A DNA stretch of 64,000 nt from Sulfurovum sp. UBA4779 (GTDB lineage: Bacteria; Campylobacterota; Campylobacteria; Campylobacterales; Sulfurovaceae). Positions 59,161 to 64,000 of this stretch are shown here, one piece after another; positions within the stretch are counted from its first letter, which is position 1; every line of letters begins with the position of its first letter. The notes beneath the pieces were generated by a model that was not told where the DNA came from, did not search any database, and worked only from the letters and a program-made list of their open reading frames with translations. The stretch is from positions 28,200 to 92,199 of the forward strand of contig DHHF01000009.1 in the NCBI GenBank assembly GCA_002403155.1, given 5' to 3'. The position numbers were made by a program, and so were the translations under genes.

Positions 59161-59248
59161 CGGTTGTTTACCCTTTATTAAGCTTCTTAAGTTACAATTA
59201 AGTATGGATATCTGTTATCCATACATTATAGAATCTAAAGGATTTATC

Positions 59249-59782
59249 ATGAATAAAAGCATTACTGGAAGACATTTTGATTTAACCGATCCTATCAAAC
59301 AATATGCCCAAAATGCGCTTGACGGGCTCAAAAAATACAATCTTGATATCATATCGGCAAACACGATTATCTCTGCAAATGAAAAAGCCGGGAAAAAAGG
59401 TTTTGCTGTAGAATTCATCATAAATCTAAAAGATAAAAATACTATCGTTGTCACACAGCTCGACAAAGACGTGTATGCCGCGATCGATCTGGCCGTTGAG
59501 CGAATAAAAAAATCCCTAAGAAGACATGCCGACAAGATCAAAGATCATAAGGTCATGAGCTTTAAAGACCTTGGAGAAGGGGCTGAAGCAGTAGGAGAAC
59601 TCACTGCCGAAGAAGTGGAAATTGTTCCCATGGATTTGGAACTTCACAAACCGCTTGAGTTTGATGAAGCGATCGATGCGCTGAGAACTGAAAAGAAAAG
59701 ACAGTTTATCGTTTTCAATGACCTAGAAGGCAATATGCGCGTAATGTATAAAAGAGCCGACGGGAGATTTGGGCTTTATTAA
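59249..59782 (+). CDS. hpf: Ribosome hibernation promoting factor (long HPF/RaiA)
   Basis: ITGRHFDLTDPIKQY, DVYAAIDLA, LRRHADKIKDH, C-terminal FIVFND..RVMYKRADGRFGL; SD AAGGA. Confidence 0.93.
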   Translation: MNKSITGRHFDLTDPIKQYAQNALDGLKKYNLDIISANTIISANEKAGKKGFAVEFIINLKDKNTIVVTQLDKDVYAAIDLAVERIKKSLRRHADKIKDHKVMSFKDLGEGAEAVGELTAEEVEIVPMDLELHKPLEFDEAIDALRTEKKRQFIVFNDLEGNMRVMYKRADGRFGLY

Positions 59783-59788
59783 TCAGAG

Positions 59789-59816
59789 GCGTTCAGCGTT
59801 CAGCGCTGAGCGTTCA
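59789..59816 (+). repeat. Heptamer tandem repeat (GCGTTCA)n
   Basis: GCGTTCA GCGTTCA GCGCTGA GCGTTCA. Confidence 0.75.
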
Positions 59817-59837
59817 ACCCAGAATAGAAAAATCCAT

Positions 59838-59872
59838 TTCTGACTTTTAACTTCTAATTTCTAACTCTTAAC
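59838..59872 (+). repeat. Degenerate heptamer tandem repeat (TTCTAAC)n overlapping the recG stop
   Basis: TTCTGAC TTTTAAC TTCTAAT TTCTAAC TCTTAAC. Confidence 0.65.
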
Positions 59873-61675
59873 TTTATCTTTTGCCAATCGATTTTTTGCC
59901 AGCTGTATACTCTCTTCATCCGATGCCAAATCCAGCCATCTGAATTTCTGTCCGCTCTGTATCGTTCCGTCAAGAATATCTCCGCTGCTGCGAAACTCCA
60001 AATCTAGTTTGGCAATTTCAAAACCGTTTGCAGTTTGCGCAAAACGCTCCAGTCTCACATTTTTTTCCGCATTGCTGTAAAGATAGCACCAGCTTTTAAG
60101 GCCGTTGCGCCCCACTCTTCCTCTGAGCTGATGCAATGTTGCAAGCCCCAGCCTCTCTGCCCCCACCACTACAACCAGCGTCAATCTAGGCAAAGAGATG
60201 CCGACCTCTACGACTGTAGTAGCCAAAAGGATATTTCCCTCCTCTCTAAAGCGCAGCAAAATCTCTTCTTTTTCCTTGTCTTTGCCGTGTGTCACATAGA
60301 CATGGCTAAACCGCTCCTCCCAAAAGCCTCTTGCCTCTTCCAAAGACTGATACGGCACTTCGCTGCTTTGTTGGACCAAAGGATAAACGATAAGTACCTG
60401 ATGGCGCTTTGCAATCTCTTCTTTGATGTGTCCTAGCAAATTTCCGATATCTTGCTTTTTGATGACGTGTGTTTCTATCTCTTTTTCAAAAGGAGTAGTA
60501 GCAATGAGGCTCATATCGATGAGTTCGGATTCCATCATCGCTTGCGTCCTTGGGATAGGCGTAGCAGAAAACTGAAGATAGTGAGGTTTTTTTTCTTCAC
60601 GGCTTGCAAGCTGTTCCAAACGTTGGCGCTGCTTGCTTCCAAAACGGTGCTGCTCATCCACCATCACCAATGCAACTTGCGGTAAATCCTCCTTATAAAG
60701 CAGCGCATGGGTTCCTATGATCAGATCTGCTTTTTGATACTCCCCCTCCTCTTTTCCTTGCATCACTAAAGCAACAGCTATCTTTTTTGGCAAATACTTG
60801 CATGCCTCCTCATAAAGCTGCAATGCCAAAAGAGAAGTGGGCGCCATTAAAATGCTTTGATACGGATAGGCTATCATCGCACCGGCAAGCATTACCATCG
60901 TTTTCCCCGACCCCACATCTCCTACCACCATGCGTTTAGCGGCTTTGTCTTTTCTTGCCATATCTTTTTGTATCTGCTCGATTACGCTATATTGCTCGGA
61001 GGTTAAAGAAAAAGGAAGATTTTGTATAAAGGTGTCGATTTCTCCTTGCAATGCATGCAAAGCAGGAAAGTCCATGCGTTTTCCTCTGAGTTTTTTTAGA
61101 TGATTATACGCTTCTATAAACTTGAGCCCCATAAGATCCTGCGCCAACAATCTCTCGTTGTGAAGTTTTTCTTCTTTGTTTTTTGGAAAATGCATACGCA
61201 TCAAAATGGCTGCTTCAAGACTCTCAAGCCCTTCATCGCAAAGATTTTTCTCATTGAGATACCGTGCGGCCAATGATCGCATCTCATCTTCTTTTAGGAC
61301 TGTTTTGTAAACGGGGATGATTTTCCCTGCCTCTTTGATCGATTTTGGCTGAGACATTTGCAAATATCCCTTATAGATCTCAAGACGTCCTTGGATGATA
61401 TGGCAGCTGCCGATTGAAAATGTTTTATGGTGGTAAGGCGTGGCATGAAAAAACACGGAGGAAAGTTTCCTTCCCGTACGCAAAAGCTTAAAATGCACAT
61501 GCAATTTTCCGCCGATATATTTGGCCTCTTCGACTTTGGCTTCAAGCGTATTGATCTTGCCTATTTCCAAATCAGCCGAAAGCGTAGTGTCTTTGTATGA
61601 AACAGGAACGATAAGCGCAAGATCAAGCAAAGTGCGGATTTTAAGTTTTTTAAAAAGCTCTCTTGCCTCTTGCAT
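59861..61675 (-). CDS. recG: ATP-dependent DNA helicase RecG
   Basis: GDVGSGKT, MAPTSLLA, VDEQHRFG, SATPIPRT, TTVVEVGI, LHQLRGRVGR. Confidence 0.95.
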   Translation of the reverse strand: MQEARELFKKLKIRTLLDLALIVPVSYKDTTLSADLEIGKINTLEAKVEEAKYIGGKLHVHFKLLRTGRKLSSVFFHATPYHHKTFSIGSCHIIQGRLEIYKGYLQMSQPKSIKEAGKIIPVYKTVLKEDEMRSLAARYLNEKNLCDEGLESLEAAILMRMHFPKNKEEKLHNERLLAQDLMGLKFIEAYNHLKKLRGKRMDFPALHALQGEIDTFIQNLPFSLTSEQYSVIEQIQKDMARKDKAAKRMVVGDVGSGKTMVMLAGAMIAYPYQSILMAPTSLLALQLYEEACKYLPKKIAVALVMQGKEEGEYQKADLIIGTHALLYKEDLPQVALVMVDEQHRFGSKQRQRLEQLASREEKKPHYLQFSATPIPRTQAMMESELIDMSLIATTPFEKEIETHVIKKQDIGNLLGHIKEEIAKRHQVLIVYPLVQQSSEVPYQSLEEARGFWEERFSHVYVTHGKDKEKEEILLRFREEGNILLATTVVEVGISLPRLTLVVVVGAERLGLATLHQLRGRVGRNGLKSWCYLYSNAEKNVRLERFAQTANGFEIAKLDLEFRSSGDILDGTIQSGQKFRWLDLASDEESIQLAKNRLAKDKVKS

Positions 61676-61825
61676 CCTTTTCTCCCTCTCAGCCAATCAT
61701 CAAAAGCAACCCTCAACATTGCTTTATGCGAGACTTATTGTACCAATCTTTTCAAAAAAGCAAAAAAAGAATGTCAAATCGACATAAATATATGGCTATG
61801 CTCTTCAATTTTAGATTCTGGCAGC

Positions 61826-63124
61826 CTAATTTTTATTTTCTATCTCTTTGGTTACGATACTAAAACTAAGATCCGTAAGTTCTTTGTGCGCTTTGATAAA
61901 GTCGTTCATCTCTTCAAGGCTCACTTCTTCTATCTTTTTAAGCTGTTCTTTGCTAAACCCAAGAGGCCTTCCGTAATAAAATTCTTCAAAGGAACGATTG
62001 AGCCTTTGAGAAAGTGTTTCTGTGCGAAGCGGTTCGCTGCCCAGTAAAAATTTTTTCGTATCGTCAAGCTCTTTTTGGGTGATGCCTTCATTGACAAATG
62101 TGTTGATCACTTCCTGCACAAGTTCTTTGGCCTCATCTTGCGTACTGAGTTTGGTTTGCAGATAGCCGCTGAGATAAGATGCCGCTTTAGTACGGCGCAA
62201 TGAGGCATATGCGCCATACGTCAGCCCGCGCTTGACGCGTATCTCTTCCATCAATCTCGATCCAAAACCTCCGCCTCCCAAAAGATATTCGGCTATTTTG
62301 ACCTTATACTCATCGCTCCCGTTGTACTCATAAGCAAACGGCGCTCCAAAATGGATATAGGCTTGCTGCGTCTGTGCCTGTGCCAAGACGGTCTGTTTTT
62401 GGCTTGATGCCTTGATGTTATCAATGCGCGCAACGTTAGATTTAGGCAAAAGTGCAAGGATATCAGCCGCATACGCTTCTGATTCCTGTGATGATATGTC
62501 TCCGCCCACTACCACCGCAACATTGTCATAGCCTAGGCGAGATGCGATAAAATTTTGAACATCTTCAAGCGTGATACCCTCGATGCTCTGCACCGTCCCG
62601 TCATAGGGTTTGCCAAGCGGAGAATCTTTAAAAAGGATTTCTCTCAGTTTCATGGCTGCAAGATAGTCAAAATCGCTTTGTTTGTGCATCAGCCACCCTA
62701 TTTTCTGTCGTTTTGCATGCTCTAATGTTTCTTGGGTGTAATTGGGATCGCTCAACAATGCTTTAGCACGATCTACCGCATAGGCAAACTCGCTTTTGAG
62801 TGCTGAGATTTCCACAACAAAATTTTCTCGGCCCACATGGGCTCCCAGCTCGATCGCATGCTCATCGAGTGTCGTTGCAAAGGCAACGCTTCCTTCTTTT
62901 TTTGTCCCTTCATTCAGCACTCTGGCGCTGATATCTGCAAGTCCGTCTTTTGGATTGCTCAAATGTCCGCTGTTTTGAAAAACAAGCTGCATTGAAACGA
63001 TCGGGATATAGGTACTCTCCTCATATATCAAGGGAATTTTTGCATCCTTTATTTTGATCTCTTGGATACTTTGGGCCATGGCCACTCCTTGTAACACTGC
63101 TAGCAGTAAAAATAATTTCTTCAT
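61826..63124 (-). CDS. M16B-family peptidase-like subunit (non-catalytic; no HXXEH)
   Basis: Signal peptide; GLADISARVLNEGT; GFGSRLMEEIRVKRGLTYG. Confidence 0.85.
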   Translation of the reverse strand: MKKLFLLLAVLQGVAMAQSIQEIKIKDAKIPLIYEESTYIPIVSMQLVFQNSGHLSNPKDGLADISARVLNEGTKKEGSVAFATTLDEHAIELGAHVGRENFVVEISALKSEFAYAVDRAKALLSDPNYTQETLEHAKRQKIGWLMHKQSDFDYLAAMKLREILFKDSPLGKPYDGTVQSIEGITLEDVQNFIASRLGYDNVAVVVGGDISSQESEAYAADILALLPKSNVARIDNIKASSQKQTVLAQAQTQQAYIHFGAPFAYEYNGSDEYKVKIAEYLLGGGGFGSRLMEEIRVKRGLTYGAYASLRRTKAASYLSGYLQTKLSTQDEAKELVQEVINTFVNEGITQKELDDTKKFLLGSEPLRTETLSQRLNRSFEEFYYGRPLGFSKEQLKKIEEVSLEEMNDFIKAHKELTDLSFSIVTKEIENKN

Positions 63125-63125
63125 T

Positions 63126-64000
63126 TTAGTAAAATCTTTCCAAGATCTCATAGGCTGTATTGCGCTTTGCCGGCTTTTCGCCCGCATCTTTAATGAGTTC
63201 TATCATCTGCTGCTGGTTCATCTCATTCTTTGCACCCGCTGCCGAGACAACATTCTCTTCCATCATGGTAGAGCCAAGATCATTGGCGCCAAAAAGCAAC
63301 GCCATTTGTCCGATATAGCTTCCTTGCGTTACCCATGAGCTTTGGATATTGGGCACATTGTCCAAAAACAGCCGCGCCACTGCCAGATAGCGCAGATAAA
63401 GATTTGAAGAGGTTTTTTCGATCGTAGGAAGTTCTCTTTTGAGCTGTGTGTTGTCACTTTGGTAGGACCACATGATAAACGCCCGAAATCCTCCCGTTTC
63501 TTCTTGCAGCTCTCTGATCAAATTCCAATGCTCCACGATCTCGCGTGTCGTCTCAACCGTTCCGTACATCATGGTAGCGGTGGATTTTATGCCAAGCTTG
63601 TGCGCTTCTTTGTGCACTTGCAGCCACGTATCCTTATCGAGTTTTTTGGGTGCGATGATATCGCGTACCCGATCGCTGAGTATTTCCGCCCCTGCGCCGG
63701 GGATCGAGCTGAGCCCTTTGGCTTTCAATCGCGCGAGAACTTCACGGATCGAAAGTCCCGAACGCCGGGCGATATAGTCGATCTCTATGGCCGAAAAACC
63801 GTGGATCGTCACTTGCGGATACTTTTGATGGATATGCTCTACAAGATCTTCATACCACTCGATCTCGAGCTTGGGATGCACACCCCCTTGAAAAAGGATC
63901 TGCGTACCGCCTATAGCTAAAAGTTCTTCTATTTTTTGATCAATCTCTTCAAACGTAAGGATATAAGCATCTTCTTTTTTTTCATGGGTATAAAATGCAC
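63126..64000 (-). CDS. mqnC: Dehypoxanthine futalosine cyclase MqnC (radical SAM; 5' end outside the window)
   Basis: The frame continues to the window edge: CAFYTHEKK...GGTQILFQGGVHP; PGAGAEIL, TATMMYG, SSWVTQG, DLGSTMMEENVV. Confidence 0.93.
   Translation of the reverse strand, partial: AFYTHEKKEDAYILTFEEIDQKIEELLAIGGTQILFQGGVHPKLEIEWYEDLVEHIHQKYPQVTIHGFSAIEIDYIARRSGLSIREVLARLKAKGLSSIPGAGAEILSDRVRDIIAPKKLDKDTWLQVHKEAHKLGIKSTATMMYGTVETTREIVEHWNLIRELQEETGGFRAFIMWSYQSDNTQLKRELPTIEKTSSNLYLRYLAVARLFLDNVPNIQSSWVTQGSYIGQMALLFGANDLGSTMMEENVVSAAGAKNEMNQQQMIELIKDAGEKPAKRNTAYEILERFY

Noticed and set aside
61826-63124. M16 peptidase lacking HXXEH as a pseudogene
   Set aside because: Non-catalytic partner subunits are normal in heterodimeric M16B peptidases; the ORF is intact
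1-64000. CRISPR arrays, IS elements, integrases, prophage genes, selenoprotein (UGA + SECIS) recoding
   Set aside because: None seen: no regularly spaced repeats, no transposase or integrase motifs, and no split ORF pairs joined at TGA

Overview
Chromosomal window from a Campylobacterota (epsilonproteobacterial) bacterium, most likely Sulfurovum/Sulfurimonas-like. This is inferred from the gene content and order: rpsO with a divergent Rrf2 gene, hemD-6S-purD-RDD-lptD-pnp-atpE-tRNA-Leu, mqnC, and Ala-site prepilins. It is mostly housekeeping: hemJ, dsbD, grpE-dnaK, dnaJ, recR, hup, pnp, lptD, purD, htpG, guaA, nhaD, nadB, uvrC, lon, bamD, hpf, recG, mqnC. The accessory or notable modules are: (i) an arsR-arsB-arsC operon whose ArsC carries an extra Cys-rich C-terminal domain; (ii) a minimal KdpD/KdpE pair in one operon with ktrBA instead of kdpFABC; (iii) an Hpt/pseudo-Hpt protein + NIT-domain hybrid kinase + single-domain receiver phosphorelay; (iv) an MSHA-like type IV pilus tip/minor-pilin cluster with a 1.45-kaa Calx-beta adhesin; (v) a DPSL-type miniferritin. 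Signals not in the ORF track: tRNA-Leu(GAG); a 6S RNA upstream of purD; matching HAIR-like operators upstream of grpE-dnaK and htpG; a 58-aa cytochrome c553-like fragment; a structured intergenic segment/sORF between arsC and hup; two probable leaderless genes; and heptamer tandem repeats at the hpf/recG junction. No CRISPR array, rRNA, integrase or transposase was seen. All family assignments come from motif recognition and recall, not from database searches.
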